Shown here one piece after another: positions 8,795 to 22,847 of a stretch of 64,000 nt of DNA. The notes beneath the pieces were generated by a model, which was not told the origin of the DNA, made no database searches, and worked only from the letters and a program-made list of their open reading frames with translations. The translations under genes and the position numbers were made by a program. Where the stretch lies: assembly GCA_965267575.1 (NCBI GenBank), contig OZ254086.1:2912001-2976000 (forward strand), read 5' to 3'. Origin of the DNA: Calditrichales bacterium (GTDB taxonomy: Bacteria > Calditrichota > Calditrichia > Calditrichales > J004). Within the stretch, counting starts at the first letter, position 1. Every line of letters starts with the position of its first letter.

Positions 8795-10627
8795 ATGAAA
8801 TCGCGCCCATCAAACGTAAAACATAGTTTGCTCTATCCGATTGTCTTGCTGCTTTGTTCAGGCCTGTTCGCGCAGGAAAATTTTAAGGTGCGCGATTTGG
8901 AGATAGACGGTAACGAGACGCTTTCCGAAAAAAGGCTCCTGGAGCAAATGGCCACCATAGGGGTGAGCTTTCTGGAAGAATACATTCTTGGTGTGGAACC
9001 TTACTATTATAGCTCGGACATCATGAATGCCGACCTGGAGCGGCTTAACAATCTTTACCGGCGCGAAGGCTTTATGGATGCGGCGGTAACGCTGGAACGA
9101 CTGGAAGCTGACAATGAAGATGAAACCGTAGAGGTTTTTATAAGCATACAGGAAGGGCCGCCGTTCCTGGTCGATTCCGTTTATTTCCGTTTAACGGGCG
9201 ACAGTATGCGCGCCGACAGCCTTGTCCTTGAAAACCGCGACGAGCTGATTGCCAGGGAAGGCTCACGATTCCGTGACCCAGATATCGACAGGGACAAAGG
9301 GCGCATAAAAACCTGGCTGGCCAATAACGGATACGCCGCCGCCACCGTTGATTATGTGCTTTTCCCGGACCGCGAAAGGCGCCGGGTACGGGTAGCCTGG
9401 AACGTAAGTACCGGGCCGATTTACCGCTTTGGTGAAATTACCATTGAGGGTAATGAGCGCATCCCGGATGCGCTGATAAAGAAACAGCTCGTACTGGAAC
9501 CCGGTGAACGCTATAACCGCAGCTTAATCGAAAAATCGCAGGAGCAGGTCTACCAGCTTGGTGTGTTCAGCGTGGCGTCCATCCGCGAGTTGCCCGATTC
9601 CACCAACAAGCTGCGTGTACCCGTGGAGATCAGCATCCGTGAGGCGCCGCAATGGCGTTCCAAGCTGGGCGTTGGTTATGGCCGCGAGGATGATTTCCGG
9701 GTTTTTTCCGATTTGCGCTATCTCGGCTTTTTTGGCGGCGCAAGGCGGCTGGACATTTACCTGAAACATTCCGGCCTGGAGCCTTATCATATCGACCTTA
9801 AAATGACCAGACCGGCCTTTTTTACCCCGCGTACAAATCTGGTTTACAACGCTTTTGCCCTGCGCCAGGAAGAGCCGGGCTTCCGGCTGAACCGTACCGG
9901 TGGCAGCGCCGGTCTTGTACACCGTTTTACAAACCGTTTCAGCATCTCCTCCAGCTATCTTTTCGAGCAGGTCGATCTCGATACAACCTCGCTGGCCCTG
10001 GTTGAACAAAACCGGGTCGGCAGCACACCGTTGTACAACAAATCCAGTATTATTGCCGGTGTGGACTTTAATGATGCCACGCCGTTGGTGTCTCCGGTGC
10101 GGGGCCTAAAGCTCTCCGCGGTTGTTAAGCTCAGCGGGCTCGGTCTGGGAAGCTCGTATGATTTCCGCCGCCTTATGACGGATCTGCGCTACTACCGTCC
10201 CCTAAACGGCGCGGTACTGGCCATGCGTCTAAAAGCGGGTGCGATCGTATCCGGCGACCCCGGCGGCTTTGTTCCGGTGGAAGACCGCTTTTTTTCCGGT
10301 GGCAGCCAATCCGTTCGCGGCTGGCTGCGCGGCAAGCTGGGGCCGCTGTCTAAAGAAGGCGTGCCTGTTGGCGGAAAAAGCCTGTTGGAGTTCAGCGCCG
10401 AATACCGTTTCCCCGTGTATAGCATTGTTTCCGCCGTGGCTTTTCTGGATGGCGGCAACGTCTGGTCGCAAAGCCTGACCTGGCCGGCGGCAGAGTTGCG
10501 CTATGCCGCGGGCGGCGGGCTGCGCGTGGAATCTCCCATCGGTCCGGTGCGCCTGGACCTGGCCCGGCCCGTGTGGGACAACCGCAGGCACTGGCAGGTA
10601 CATATTAGCGTGGGGCAGGCATTCTGA
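8795..10627 (+). CDS. Omp85 family outer-membrane protein (TamA/BamA-like), copy 1
   Basis: Signal peptide, about three POTRA repeats, RFFSGGSQSVRGW, PIGPVRLD, terminal SVGQAF. Confidence 0.9.
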   Translation: MKSRPSNVKHSLLYPIVLLLCSGLFAQENFKVRDLEIDGNETLSEKRLLEQMATIGVSFLEEYILGVEPYYYSSDIMNADLERLNNLYRREGFMDAAVTLERLEADNEDETVEVFISIQEGPPFLVDSVYFRLTGDSMRADSLVLENRDELIAREGSRFRDPDIDRDKGRIKTWLANNGYAAATVDYVLFPDRERRRVRVAWNVSTGPIYRFGEITIEGNERIPDALIKKQLVLEPGERYNRSLIEKSQEQVYQLGVFSVASIRELPDSTNKLRVPVEISIREAPQWRSKLGVGYGREDDFRVFSDLRYLGFFGGARRLDIYLKHSGLEPYHIDLKMTRPAFFTPRTNLVYNAFALRQEEPGFRLNRTGGSAGLVHRFTNRFSISSSYLFEQVDLDTTSLALVEQNRVGSTPLYNKSSIIAGVDFNDATPLVSPVRGLKLSAVVKLSGLGLGSSYDFRRLMTDLRYYRPLNGAVLAMRLKAGAIVSGDPGGFVPVEDRFFSGGSQSVRGWLRGKLGPLSKEGVPVGGKSLLEFSAEYRFPVYSIVSAVAFLDGGNVWSQSLTWPAAELRYAAGGGLRVESPIGPVRLDLARPVWDNRRHWQVHISVGQAF

Positions 10628-13600
10628 TGAAACGCGCCCTCACAATATTTACGATCGTAATTACGGCTTTTATTGTTTTGCTGCTGGCCCTGCTGGCATT
10701 TACGCAAACCTCCGTCTTCCGCGATTATGTACGCGGGCAGGTTGAGCAACAGGTAAACGATCGCATTAACGGAAAGCTGGAGATCGGAAGCCTGCACGGT
10801 TCCTTTTTCAATGATCTGGAAGTGCGTGACCTGCGATTGACCATGCAGCAGGACACGCTGCTGACATTCCGGCGGCTTTACCTGGCCTATAACCTATGGC
10901 CGCTGCTGGCGTCAACCATTGAGATCGGGGCGATTGAGCTTGGACAGCCCGCTGTCTATTTATGGCGGCACGATCAAAAATGGAATTTTCAGCAACTGTT
11001 TCCGGCGCAACCCGATACAACTCCCGATACAACCGCACAGCCCTTCGACTGGCGCGTTGTTTTGGGCCGCGCGCACATTAGTGACGGCGCACTGACGATC
11101 AGCATGGCCGATTCCATTGAGCCTACACGCATTGCCGACCTGCAACTGCACACGGCGCTGCAATACGCTGCCGACAGCATGCGCCTCGATCTGCGCCATT
11201 TTTCATTTAATAGCAGTCAGCCGGCCTTCCGCCTGGATACGCTGAAAGGAAGCCTGAGCCTGCGCGACAGCCTGTTGGACCTGCGCGGATGGCGATTTGT
11301 AAGCGCGGCCAATAAGGCCGTTTTCAGCGGGAACACGGAAACGGAAAACTACCACGGCAATCTCAGGCTGGCAACGCGGCCGCTGCGGGCGGCGGAGTTC
11401 AGCTTTGTGTTGCCGGATCTGCAACTGAAGGCACAACCCACGTTGCAGCTCAAGGCCGATTCGCGTGCTGACAGCCTGCTGCTTGCCGCCGACCTCAACT
11501 GGCAGGGGCAGCATATTTACCTGGACGCCCGCTTAACCGCGTTACAGCAGTGGCTGGAAGAAGACGGTCAACGGGCCTACGCGCTGTCCCTGCGCCTGGA
11601 AAAATTCCGTCTGCGCGACTGGCTGGCGGGTGACATGCCCCGGCTTATACTGAACGGCGCGCTCGGTCTGAACGGCAACGGGCTCGATCCGCAAACAGCC
11701 CGGGCCTCGTTGCGGGCCGGACTTACAAACAGCCGTTTCGAAAAATATGCCATCAATCAGGCGCAGCTGGAAGGCGACTGGCAGGCCGGCAACGCGCGCA
11801 TTGAAGGGGGCATTACAACACCCGTTGGCAGCGTAAAAGGCAGCGGGTCGGTCAGTGAATTTTTCGAAAAGCCGCTTTACGGCCTGGACGTGCGTTTGCG
11901 CAACCTTGATCTTGCGGGTATTACCGGTAATGACACGCTGAACAGTGACCTCAATTTTACGATGCGGGCTCGCGGCAGCGGTAACAGTCCTGAAAACCTT
12001 GATGCCAGCGCCGAAATATTCATGAACCGCTCGCGCATGGACACACTCTGGCTGGACAGCCTGTACACCATCGCCCATCTGCGCCGCAATCAGCTTACGC
12101 TGGACACGCTGATGCTTAATACAGCCGAAATGAAAGCGCAGGGTTCGGGCGCGTTCAATCTAAAAACAAAGGCTATGACCGCCTCGGCGTTGCTGACACC
12201 GGGCAATCTTAAAATAACGCGCAAAATCATCGGGGCGGATTCGCTTTCCGCTGCCGGACAGCTAATGGTAAATGCCTCAGGACGCACGGATTCGCTGTGG
12301 CTGGATACGCAGGCGCGTTTGTCCGCTCTGCGCTTTAACGACCTCGCCGCAGATTCCATCCGCCAGACAGGGCGCTTTTTCCTGGGTGACACGCTCTCCG
12401 GTGAAACGCAACTGGCTGCATCGGGGCTGGGTTTTCAGGACAGGCAGGTTGATCGTCTCGCCGGCGATCTCCGTTTTGCCGGCCGGACCGCACACCTCGC
12501 GCTTGATGTGCAATACAGCGACAGCATCCGCGCTGATGTGGCGGCATCGGTCCACGGCGATTCATTGCTTTTTGTCGATCTGGAGCGATTGCAACTGCAG
12601 TTGTACAAGGAGCTATGGCAGCTTAAACATGCACCCGCCCGCTTTACTATCGCAGCGGATACGATGTTTTCCGTGGATAGCCTGCACTGGTCTAATCGCA
12701 GCGGCGCCGAAATAAGGCTGGCGGGGGTATACAGACCTATCGGCGATCTGGATCTGCGGCTGTTTATCAATGACCTGTCTTTGCAAAGAATGTCGCAGCT
12801 GAGTCCGCGTCCGCTGGGAACGCGCGGTTTGCTGGACCTGCAGGCCAGACTTGCAGGTACGCTGCAAAAGCCGCTGCTTAAGGGGCGCGTAACCCTGCAC
12901 GACGGCGGCTATGAAACCTTTTCGTTCAACGCGCTTAAGGCCCGCTTTGATATCGGTGAAGAGCAGCGTTTCAACCTGGAGGGCGCTTTTATGCCCGTTC
13001 AGAACGACAGCGTCACTTTATCACTGGAACTGCCCCTGAATTTTGCCGCGGCGGACAGCGCTTCAGTCATCTCGCGTGATGAGCCCTTCCGCATGCGCCT
13101 TTACGCCGGCAGATTTTCCATGAGATACGTGGAGGAAATGACGCCCTGGCTAAAAAAAGGCAAGGGCAGCCTGGCTTTCGATATAAGCGCTTCAAACACC
13201 CTGAACGACCCGAAAGTGGACGGCTTTTTCCGTGTAAACAGCGCGGCCGTGGAAGTGCCCCGCTACGGGCTAAACTATCGCAAAATTGATATGGACCTGC
13301 GTCTCAATGAAAAGGGCATTGATCTTAGCCAGCTAAAGATTGATCAGGAGAAGGGCGGCCTGAAGATAAGCGGCAATGTGCAATTTGATGAAGGCATTTT
13401 CTCCGGACGGCTCAGCCGCTTAAAGCTCGACGTAAACGCCGATCGTTTCTGGCTTGTGCGCCATCCGGATTATGAAGCGCAGATAAGCGGCAAAGTAAAC
13501 GCGTCGGGTACGGCTGAACAGCCGCAGTTCTCCGGCGCCGTAACGGTAAACCGCTCCCGTTTTTTCCTGCCCGCGCTCACCGGGAAACGCCCCGGCGCAA

Positions 13601-14496
13601 GCACCGATGATCTGAACACACCAAAGCTGGTAAGGGCGATAAACCGCCAGGAGGAGGGGCAGGCATCTCCAACCCAAAAAATTACTCCGGATACCACACG
13701 GCAGGAGAGCGTGTTTTGGAAAAAAACAAGGGGCACGCTGCAGCTTTCGATTCCCCGCAATACGTGGGTTAAAAGCCCGGATATGCGTCTGGAAATCGCC
13801 GGTAGCCTGGAGCTGGTGAAAAACGGTCCTACACCGGAACTGTTTGGCCCCATCGAGATTATGCGCGGCCACTACGATCTGCTCGGGAGGCGCTTTAATA
13901 TCCGCGAGGGCCGGCTGATATTTCAGGGTGGCGGCGAATACAATCCGGAAGTGACCTTAAAGGCCGATTACAGTTTCAGGACAGCGGAGCGGGAAAAGAA
14001 ACTGCTGATATTGGAAGTGGAAGGGCGCGTCAATCAACCGCAGCTTTCGTTTACAATGGAAGGCCGCAATATCACGGAAGGCGACGCCATGGCCTACCTG
14101 CTGTTTGGCCGCAGCCTGTCCGAGCTTTCCTATGGCCAGCAGTCGCAACTTGCCGGCACGTCATCCGGCGGCGAGGGCAACCTGGCCCGGGGACTGGCCA
14201 CCGGCCTGATCAGCCAGCAGATTGCCCAAACCGTGGGGCAGGAGCTGAACCTGGACTATTTTGAGATCCGCTCGCAGGGTAACCTGCAGGGTGCCGCTTT
14301 TGTCGTTGGAAAATATATCACCAATGATCTTTTTATGAGCTATGAGAGAAGCGTCGGCAGTATCGATGAAGATGATGTGGCCGACCAGAAAGTGACCCTT
14401 GAGTACGAGCTGACCCGCTGGCTCTTTTTGCAGTTGATTGAGGGCGATTCCCGCGAGAGCGGCTTTGACCTGATATTTCGCCAGGAGTGGGAATAA
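10627..14496 (+). CDS. Translocation/assembly module TamB (AsmA-like), copy 1
   Basis: N-terminal membrane anchor, long beta-rich body, C-terminal VVGKYITNDLFMSY...LEYELTR (DUF490). Overlaps the tamA-like stop (TGATG). Confidence 0.88.
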   Translation: MKRALTIFTIVITAFIVLLLALLAFTQTSVFRDYVRGQVEQQVNDRINGKLEIGSLHGSFFNDLEVRDLRLTMQQDTLLTFRRLYLAYNLWPLLASTIEIGAIELGQPAVYLWRHDQKWNFQQLFPAQPDTTPDTTAQPFDWRVVLGRAHISDGALTISMADSIEPTRIADLQLHTALQYAADSMRLDLRHFSFNSSQPAFRLDTLKGSLSLRDSLLDLRGWRFVSAANKAVFSGNTETENYHGNLRLATRPLRAAEFSFVLPDLQLKAQPTLQLKADSRADSLLLAADLNWQGQHIYLDARLTALQQWLEEDGQRAYALSLRLEKFRLRDWLAGDMPRLILNGALGLNGNGLDPQTARASLRAGLTNSRFEKYAINQAQLEGDWQAGNARIEGGITTPVGSVKGSGSVSEFFEKPLYGLDVRLRNLDLAGITGNDTLNSDLNFTMRARGSGNSPENLDASAEIFMNRSRMDTLWLDSLYTIAHLRRNQLTLDTLMLNTAEMKAQGSGAFNLKTKAMTASALLTPGNLKITRKIIGADSLSAAGQLMVNASGRTDSLWLDTQARLSALRFNDLAADSIRQTGRFFLGDTLSGETQLAASGLGFQDRQVDRLAGDLRFAGRTAHLALDVQYSDSIRADVAASVHGDSLLFVDLERLQLQLYKELWQLKHAPARFTIAADTMFSVDSLHWSNRSGAEIRLAGVYRPIGDLDLRLFINDLSLQRMSQLSPRPLGTRGLLDLQARLAGTLQKPLLKGRVTLHDGGYETFSFNALKARFDIGEEQRFNLEGAFMPVQNDSVTLSLELPLNFAAADSASVISRDEPFRMRLYAGRFSMRYVEEMTPWLKKGKGSLAFDISASNTLNDPKVDGFFRVNSAAVEVPRYGLNYRKIDMDLRLNEKGIDLSQLKIDQEKGGLKISGNVQFDEGIFSGRLSRLKLDVNADRFWLVRHPDYEAQISGKVNASGTAEQPQFSGAVTVNRSRFFLPALTGKRPGASTDDLNTPKLVRAINRQEEGQASPTQKITPDTTRQESVFWKKTRGTLQLSIPRNTWVKSPDMRLEIAGSLELVKNGPTPELFGPIEIMRGHYDLLGRRFNIREGRLIFQGGGEYNPEVTLKADYSFRTAEREKKLLILEVEGRVNQPQLSFTMEGRNITEGDAMAYLLFGRSLSELSYGQQSQLAGTSSGGEGNLARGLATGLISQQIAQTVGQELNLDYFEIRSQGNLQGAAFVVGKYITNDLFMSYERSVGSIDEDDVADQKVTLEYELTRWLFLQLIEGDSRESGFDLIFRQEWE

Positions 14497-14525
14497 AAAA
14501 AGGCAGAGCCACACGGCCCTGCCTG
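14495..14525 (-). terminator. Rho-independent terminator between convergent tamB and MCP
   Basis: AGGCAGAGCC-acac-GGCCCTGCCT hairpin with A7 on its left (U-tail on the minus strand). Confidence 0.7.
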
Positions 14526-14561
14526 TCTACATCGTTGCGGGGAGTTTTTTTGAGAGGTTGT

Positions 14562-17390
14562 TTAACGGCCGTTTCCGAAAACGGCGTCTTCTTCGTAGTC
14601 GTATTCTTCCGCTAGTTCTTCTTTTTCCCCAAGATCAATCTTTACACTCTGGTGCGTCAGCCGGAAGCGGTTCAGCATTGTGTTAAGCCGCGCGGCCTGT
14701 TCCTTTAGCTGTTCCGAAGCGGCCGCACTCTCTTCGGCGGCAGCGGTGTTGGCCTGTGTTACCTTGTCGATCTGTCCAAGGCCCTGCGATATCTGGCTGA
14801 TGCCCTGCGATTGTTCGTTTGTGGCCATGGCTATTTCGTCAATCAGGTCACTCACCTTGGTGATGCCTTCAATAATCTCATCCAGCGCCTGCGCCGTATT
14901 GTTTGCCAGTTTTGTGCCGTTCTCCACTTTGGAGAATGATTCTTCGATGAGCTCTGTGGTTTCGCGGGCAGCCTTGGCGCTTTTTTGGGCCAGGGTGCGC
15001 ACTTCCTCGGCCACAACGGCGAAGCCCTTGCCGTGTACACCGGCACGCGCCGCTTCTACCGCGGCATTAAGCGAAAGCAGATTTGTCTGGAATGCTATCT
15101 CGTCAATGGTCTTGATGATCTTATTAATCTGATCGCTGGATTGCTTGATCTCGTTCATCGCTGCGACCATGCCTTTCATACGGCGGTTGCCGTCATCGGC
15201 CTTGGTTTTCACCTCATTTGATAACTTGTTGGCCTGTCCCGCATTATTGGCGTTCTGCGTGGATTGATTGTCAAATTCGTTAACTGACGCGGTAATTTCT
15301 TCCAGCGAGCTGGCCTGTTCCGTGGCTCCTTGCGAAAGGTTCTGGCTGGCATCGGAAACGTGAACCGAAGACGACCTTACCTGCTCCGTCGTTTCATTTA
15401 CTTCACCGAGAAGCTTGTTCAGGGCGTCAAGCGTTCCGTTCATGGCTTCTTTCATGCGCGCATGGTCGCCCCGGTAATCGCCTTTCAGGTAAGCGGTAAG
15501 ATCGCCTTCCGCCATTTGCGACAAAGCTTCCACCGCTTCATTAACCGGGCGCAGCAGGCTATCGATTGTATTGTTGAAGCCGGCGATAATTTCGCGGTAG
15601 CCGCCTTTAAATTTAGCGCTGTCGCCGCGTTTGGAAAGCTCGCCGTTTTCGGCGGCCCGGGCCAGGGAGGTGCCTTCTTCAATAAGCGCCTGCAGGTTTT
15701 TCTTGATACTTGCCAGGCTGTCAGTAAAAACGATCTGTTTGCCGGGCAGAATGCGCATATCGCGGCTAAGGTCACCGTCAGCATAGCTGCGCAATATATC
15801 GATGCCCTCAATCATCGGATTGATTACGGCGTCAAGCGCTTTGTTAATGCCGTCCAGCAGGTTGGCATATTCGCCTTCAAAGCCTTCGGAATTGCAGCGT
15901 TTGTCCGTATCGCCATCACGCTGTGCGTCAATGGTTATGCTGATCTCTTTTTTCATGGACATCAGGCTTTCCTTCATCTGCACCATAGCCTGGCCCAGAA
16001 CATCCACCCGGGATGCCACATTGATTTCCACCTCAAGGTTGCCGCGGGCAATCTCCCGGGCTTGTTCCGCTTTGGCCTTTTGCGCTTTAAGCATGGTTCG
16101 GAAAGAATTGGCCAACTGACCCGTCTCATCCGTTGATTCATGTTCTATTTCAAGATCAAGGTTGCCCACGGCCAGCGCATCAGCCACTTCGGTCATGCGC
16201 TCAATTGGTCTTGCCATACGGTTGCCAAAAAAGTAAGCCAAAGCGACTCCCAAGGCCAAAACGGCCAAACCACCAATTACGGACCACCATAAGAGCCCGG
16301 TTAATGAGGCATCTACACGCTCCACGGCAACGAGGTAATCATCCTCGTATGTACCGGCGCCTATTACCCAGTCCCATGGTTCAAAATAGGTGATAGCAGA
16401 AATTTTCCAGCGGGCCTCCTCTTCGCCTTTATTCTTCCACGGGTAGCGCTCAAAAGCAACCTCGTCCCCGCTTAAAGTTTGTGCTTTCTCTACAATGGAC
16501 TGTATGAAAAGTCTACCGTCGGCATCCTTTGCTTCATAAATGTTTTCACCATCCCTTAGGCCGTTTTTGGAAATAATATATTTTCCTTTTTCATTTCCCG
16601 ATCCGCCAAGCACAAAAACGTAGCCGGTTTTGCCTACAGTGGTTTTCATTATCGCCTGGCGCAGGCTCTCTACTGCTTCCTGCTTAATGCCTACATAGAT
16701 AATACCAATAACCCGTCCAGACGAGTCCTTGATCGGTTTATAAGCTGTAAGATACCAGGCATTTACGACAAAAGCGCGGCCACGAAAGGTGCTGCCACCC
16801 AGGACAGTTTTTACCACGGGATTCGCCGTTCCATCCGGGTTAACAGCAGGTATATATGTTCCTATTGCACGCGTGCCATCAAGTTTTTCGACATTTGTTG
16901 CCACACGCAGCATATCGCCGGCCTCATTCATGCGCTGGAATATGGTTACGGTGCCCCCAACCAGCGACTTTATTTCATCCACCACCGGAACTTCTTCGCC
17001 GATTGCGCGCACCTGGCCCAGCCACTTGCTCCCGGCATTCATTCGCGGCAGTGTCACGCTGGACACATTTTCCGTATATTGATTGACCGCTTGCCACTCT
17101 GTTTGCCATTGCGAGAGGCGCAGTCCGCCATACTTATTTAGGATTTCATCAGCAACATTGAGACTGTAATTTACCTGTTGTTGAATAAGCGCGTTGCTGG
17201 TTTCGCACAGATTATAGATGTCCTTGCTTATGGCTGCAACGTTTTCGTGAGACAAGTCATCCATTTCTTGCATTACCTGTTTATCTACAATATTGCGCTG
17301 AATGGCAATAAGCACGAGAATAATTGCAACGGGCAAAAATGCTGCCAGGGCTGACAGAAAAATAATCTTGTGTTTAATTTTTAATTGCAT
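14562..17390 (-). CDS. Methyl-accepting chemotaxis protein (Cache_3-Cache_2/sCache sensor, multiple HAMP)
   Basis: [61 protein letters not shown]. Start moved to ATG 17390 (GGAG RBS). Confidence 0.93.
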   Translation of the reverse strand: MQLKIKHKIIFLSALAAFLPVAIILVLIAIQRNIVDKQVMQEMDDLSHENVAAISKDIYNLCETSNALIQQQVNYSLNVADEILNKYGGLRLSQWQTEWQAVNQYTENVSSVTLPRMNAGSKWLGQVRAIGEEVPVVDEIKSLVGGTVTIFQRMNEAGDMLRVATNVEKLDGTRAIGTYIPAVNPDGTANPVVKTVLGGSTFRGRAFVVNAWYLTAYKPIKDSSGRVIGIIYVGIKQEAVESLRQAIMKTTVGKTGYVFVLGGSGNEKGKYIISKNGLRDGENIYEAKDADGRLFIQSIVEKAQTLSGDEVAFERYPWKNKGEEEARWKISAITYFEPWDWVIGAGTYEDDYLVAVERVDASLTGLLWWSVIGGLAVLALGVALAYFFGNRMARPIERMTEVADALAVGNLDLEIEHESTDETGQLANSFRTMLKAQKAKAEQAREIARGNLEVEINVASRVDVLGQAMVQMKESLMSMKKEISITIDAQRDGDTDKRCNSEGFEGEYANLLDGINKALDAVINPMIEGIDILRSYADGDLSRDMRILPGKQIVFTDSLASIKKNLQALIEEGTSLARAAENGELSKRGDSAKFKGGYREIIAGFNNTIDSLLRPVNEAVEALSQMAEGDLTAYLKGDYRGDHARMKEAMNGTLDALNKLLGEVNETTEQVRSSSVHVSDASQNLSQGATEQASSLEEITASVNEFDNQSTQNANNAGQANKLSNEVKTKADDGNRRMKGMVAAMNEIKQSSDQINKIIKTIDEIAFQTNLLSLNAAVEAARAGVHGKGFAVVAEEVRTLAQKSAKAARETTELIEESFSKVENGTKLANNTAQALDEIIEGITKVSDLIDEIAMATNEQSQGISQISQGLGQIDKVTQANTAAAEESAAASEQLKEQAARLNTMLNRFRLTHQSVKIDLGEKEELAEEYDYEEDAVFGNGR

Positions 17391-17660
17391 ATCCAGACTC
17401 CATTTAGGGCCCGTAGAGTTGTCGGGTTTGAAATTGATACAACACCGACCTTTGATTTTAAGTCGTATGTCAGCATTCGGATTACAAAAGCGGAATATCA
17501 GGATATCAATTGTTTTTAGTCGTAAATGATCAGCATTTGATCGTTTTTTCACAAACCTTGCAGTGGATTTTTATGCCCGTCATTTGGAGGTATCGAAAAA
17601 ATATTTTTTATTTTGTTTTTTCTGAAAACGGCGAAAGATTTTTACAAGTGAATTGTATAT

Positions 17661-20155
<2,495 letters not shown>

Positions 20156-20240
20156 TATTCATTGAAACAATCTCTCCAAACAAAAACCGCATATATACCT
20201 CCTACACCAAAAAATAAGGTGAATAGTTAAAGGGCAAAGC

Positions 20241-20276
20241 AAGCGGACCGGTCGCCCGACCGGCTCCGCTTTTTTT
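20241..20276 (+). terminator. Rho-independent terminator after ahcY
   Basis: AAGCGGACCGGTCG-cc-CGACCGGCTCCGCTT followed by a T-run. Confidence 0.85.
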
Positions 20277-20331
20277 ATGGGAGCAGGACGGTTAAATTGA
20301 ATTGATGAATGAGTGAGATTTTAGATAGTTT

Positions 20332-20435
20332 ACTTGAACACTTGAACACACATTCAGATCATGATCAAGAGCAAGATCAGGATCATGACTGAGAAGAGCA
20401 TTAACACATTAATACTTTAACACTTTAGCACTCTA
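20332..20435 (+). repeat. Modular short-tandem-repeat element (GATCAN hexamers + TAACACNN octamers)
   Basis: gatcat gatcaa gagcaa gatcag gatcat, then taacacat taatactt taacactt tagcactc directly before the typA ATG. Confidence 0.75.
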
Positions 20436-22259
20436 ATGGATATAAAAAAATTACGCAACATAGCGATCATCGCGCATGTGGACCATGGCAAGACAACGCT
20501 GGTGGATGAGCTTTTAAAACAGACCAATTTTTTCCGCGAGAACCAGCATTTTCAGGAACGCTTCATGGACAGCAATGATTTGGAGCGGGAACGCGGTATT
20601 ACCATCCTGTCCAAAAACATTTCCGTGCGTTACAGGGATCATAAAATCAATATTATTGATACGCCGGGTCACGCTGATTTTGGCGGCGAGGTGGAGCGCG
20701 TACTGAAGCTGGCCAGTGGCGTGCTGCTGCTCGTTGATGCCTTTGAGGGCACGATGCCGCAGACGCGTTTTGTGTTGCAAAAAGCACTGGCGCTGCACCT
20801 TAAGCCTGTTATCGTTATCAATAAAATGGACCGGCCTCAGGCGCGTCCGGCAGAGGTACTGGATGAGATTTACGATCTCTTTATTGACCTCGGTGCCGAT
20901 GAGACTCAGCTGGAGTTTCCGGTGGTTTATGCTTCGGCCAAGAGTGGCTGGGCCAGCGTGGATATGGACGAGCCCGGCAGCAATATGACGCCGCTGCTGG
21001 ATACAATCCTCAAGGATATTCCGCCGCCCATCACCAAAGAGGGCACAACGCAAATGCAGATCACCGCGCTGGACTATTCGTCCTATGTCGGCCGTATCGG
21101 GATTGGCCGGGTTTTTCGTGGGTCGCTGCACGAAAACGATCGCTATAAACTGGTGAAGCGTACGGGCGATATTGTGGACGCGGATATCAAGCAGCTGTTT
21201 ACCTTTGAAGGGCTTAGCCGCGTGGAGCAGGCCGAGATTCCCGCCGGCGAGATTTGCGCTGTGGTGGGCATTGAAGATATCAATATCGGGGATACGATCG
21301 CCGATTACGAAAATCCCGAGCCGATGCCGATTGTTGCCATCGACGAGCCGACGATAAGTATGAACTTTACGATCAACAACTCGCCGTTTTTTGGCAAGGA
21401 AGGGAAGTTTGTGACCAGCCGCCATTTGCGCGATCGCCTGTACCAGGAGCTGGAATCCGATGTGGCGCTGCGCGTGGAGGATACCGCTTCGCCGGATAGC
21501 TACAAAGTGTCCGGCCGCGGGATTTTGCATCTCTCCATCCTGATTGAAAATATGCGTCGTGAAGGTTATGAGTTTGCTGTGGGCCAGCCCAAGGTAATCT
21601 ACAAAGAGATTGACGGGCATAAGGCCGAGCCGGTGGAAGAACTGGTGGTGGATGTGCCGGAAACGTTGAGCGGCAAGGTGATCGAGCTGGTTTCGCCGCG
21701 CAAAGGCACGCTGATAAATATTGAGGATAAGGGCGCTTTTAAGCATTTGGTGTTTCATATCCCTTCCCGCGGATTGATGGGCCTGCGTAATAAAATTCTT
21801 ACTGCCACGGCCGGTGAAGCGGTGATGACGCATCGCTTTTACCAGTACGAGTTGTTCAAGGGCTCGGTGCCGCACAGGCAGAATGCTGTAATGATTTCGA
21901 TGGGTAAGGGGCCGGTGGTTTCTTACGCTGTGGATGCGCTGCAGGACCGTGGGACCTTTTTTGTTGATCCCGGCGAGGATGTATATGGCGGCCAGGTTGT
22001 GGGCAGCTATAACAAGGACAGCGACCTGGTGGTTAATCTGCAGAAATCGAAGAAGTTGACCAACATGCGCGCCTCCGGTTCGGACCGGGCCATGAAGATT
22101 GCGCCGGCGCTGAAGATGAGCCTGGAAGAGTGCCTGGAGTTTATCGATGATGATGAGCTGGTGGAAGTGACACCAAAGTCCGTGCGTCTACGTAAAATCC
22201 TGCTGGATGAAAATGACCGTAAACGGGCGCTATCCGCGCGCAAAAAAACCGGCGTGTAA
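20436..22259 (+). CDS. typA: Translational GTPase TypA/BipA
   Basis: [60 protein letters not shown]. Confidence 0.97.
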   Translation: MDIKKLRNIAIIAHVDHGKTTLVDELLKQTNFFRENQHFQERFMDSNDLERERGITILSKNISVRYRDHKINIIDTPGHADFGGEVERVLKLASGVLLLVDAFEGTMPQTRFVLQKALALHLKPVIVINKMDRPQARPAEVLDEIYDLFIDLGADETQLEFPVVYASAKSGWASVDMDEPGSNMTPLLDTILKDIPPPITKEGTTQMQITALDYSSYVGRIGIGRVFRGSLHENDRYKLVKRTGDIVDADIKQLFTFEGLSRVEQAEIPAGEICAVVGIEDINIGDTIADYENPEPMPIVAIDEPTISMNFTINNSPFFGKEGKFVTSRHLRDRLYQELESDVALRVEDTASPDSYKVSGRGILHLSILIENMRREGYEFAVGQPKVIYKEIDGHKAEPVEELVVDVPETLSGKVIELVSPRKGTLINIEDKGAFKHLVFHIPSRGLMGLRNKILTATAGEAVMTHRFYQYELFKGSVPHRQNAVMISMGKGPVVSYAVDALQDRGTFFVDPGEDVYGGQVVGSYNKDSDLVVNLQKSKKLTNMRASGSDRAMKIAPALKMSLEECLEFIDDDELVEVTPKSVRLRKILLDENDRKRALSARKKTGV

Positions 22260-22376
22260 CTTTATCCACTCTCAGTTTGCCCCGTGTCGAAGCGCCAGGG
22301 CATCAATAAAAAATATAAAACCCAGATTGAGCATTAGAAAAATCGAAAGGCGATTGCACCTGATTTGAGGTGTTCC

Positions 22377-22820
22377 ATAATTGTGGCGTACCTGCGGCAC
22401 GCTTGTTTAAACAGGTGCATTTTTGGGCTACCCATGTGCTGTCCCTGTGGGACGTATTTGGTTTGCCGGTAAAAAAATTGCGTTTCATCGTATAACAATC
22501 TTGTTTAATCCTGATCGATAATCCAATTATTTATGATTTGGAAAAAACATCAGTTGTCCCAAAGGGACACCATATAGGTAGAAAGGGTATTAAAGGATAT
22601 CCCGGCTGTGCCGTCAGGTACGGCATTATATGAGATGCGATGGCAGGCGGGCCAATAAGAACCAACAGCGGTCTTGTCGTGGACACATTGCAATAATCTT
22701 GTGGCGTGCCTGCGCGACATATATGGCTTTCCGGTAAAGCGTTCCCAAAGGCTTTTAAAATTCTCACTTGTTTGTGGCATCTCATTTTTTCGTTTGTCCC
22801 GAAGGGACATTTTTGTGTAG
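22377..22820. repeat. REP/REPIN-like palindromic repeat cluster
   Basis: Three GTCCCNNNGGGAC...GTAG units (22428-22453 inverted, 22556-22581, 22796-22820) plus GCGTRCC..GGCACGC-type hairpins (22386, 22608, degenerate at 22704). Confidence 0.75.
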
Positions 22821-22847
22821 AACTTGTTTATACTGATAGATGTGAAA

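Noticed and set aside
17495..17508. ATATCA-gg-ATATCA as a SahR-like operator
   Set aside because: It is a direct repeat rather than the palindrome expected for an ArsR-type site, and the adjacent regulator has no ArsR domain.
17391..17552. 54-aa N-terminal extension of the MCP in the ORF track
   Set aside because: ATG 17390 has a GGAG RBS and gives a normal MCP N-terminus.
17632..17657. CGAAAG-N16-TGTA as an autoregulatory ECF promoter
   Set aside because: Weak match, and only 3 nt from the ATG, too close even for a leaderless transcript; needs TSS data.
20514..21875. Long antisense ORFs (also 25018..26466, 31739..33298, 45990..47378)
   Set aside because: Shadows of well-supported genes on the opposite strand; no motifs.
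22303..22810. Small ORFs downstream of typA
   Set aside because: They overlap the REP-like repeats; no RBS or protein motifs.
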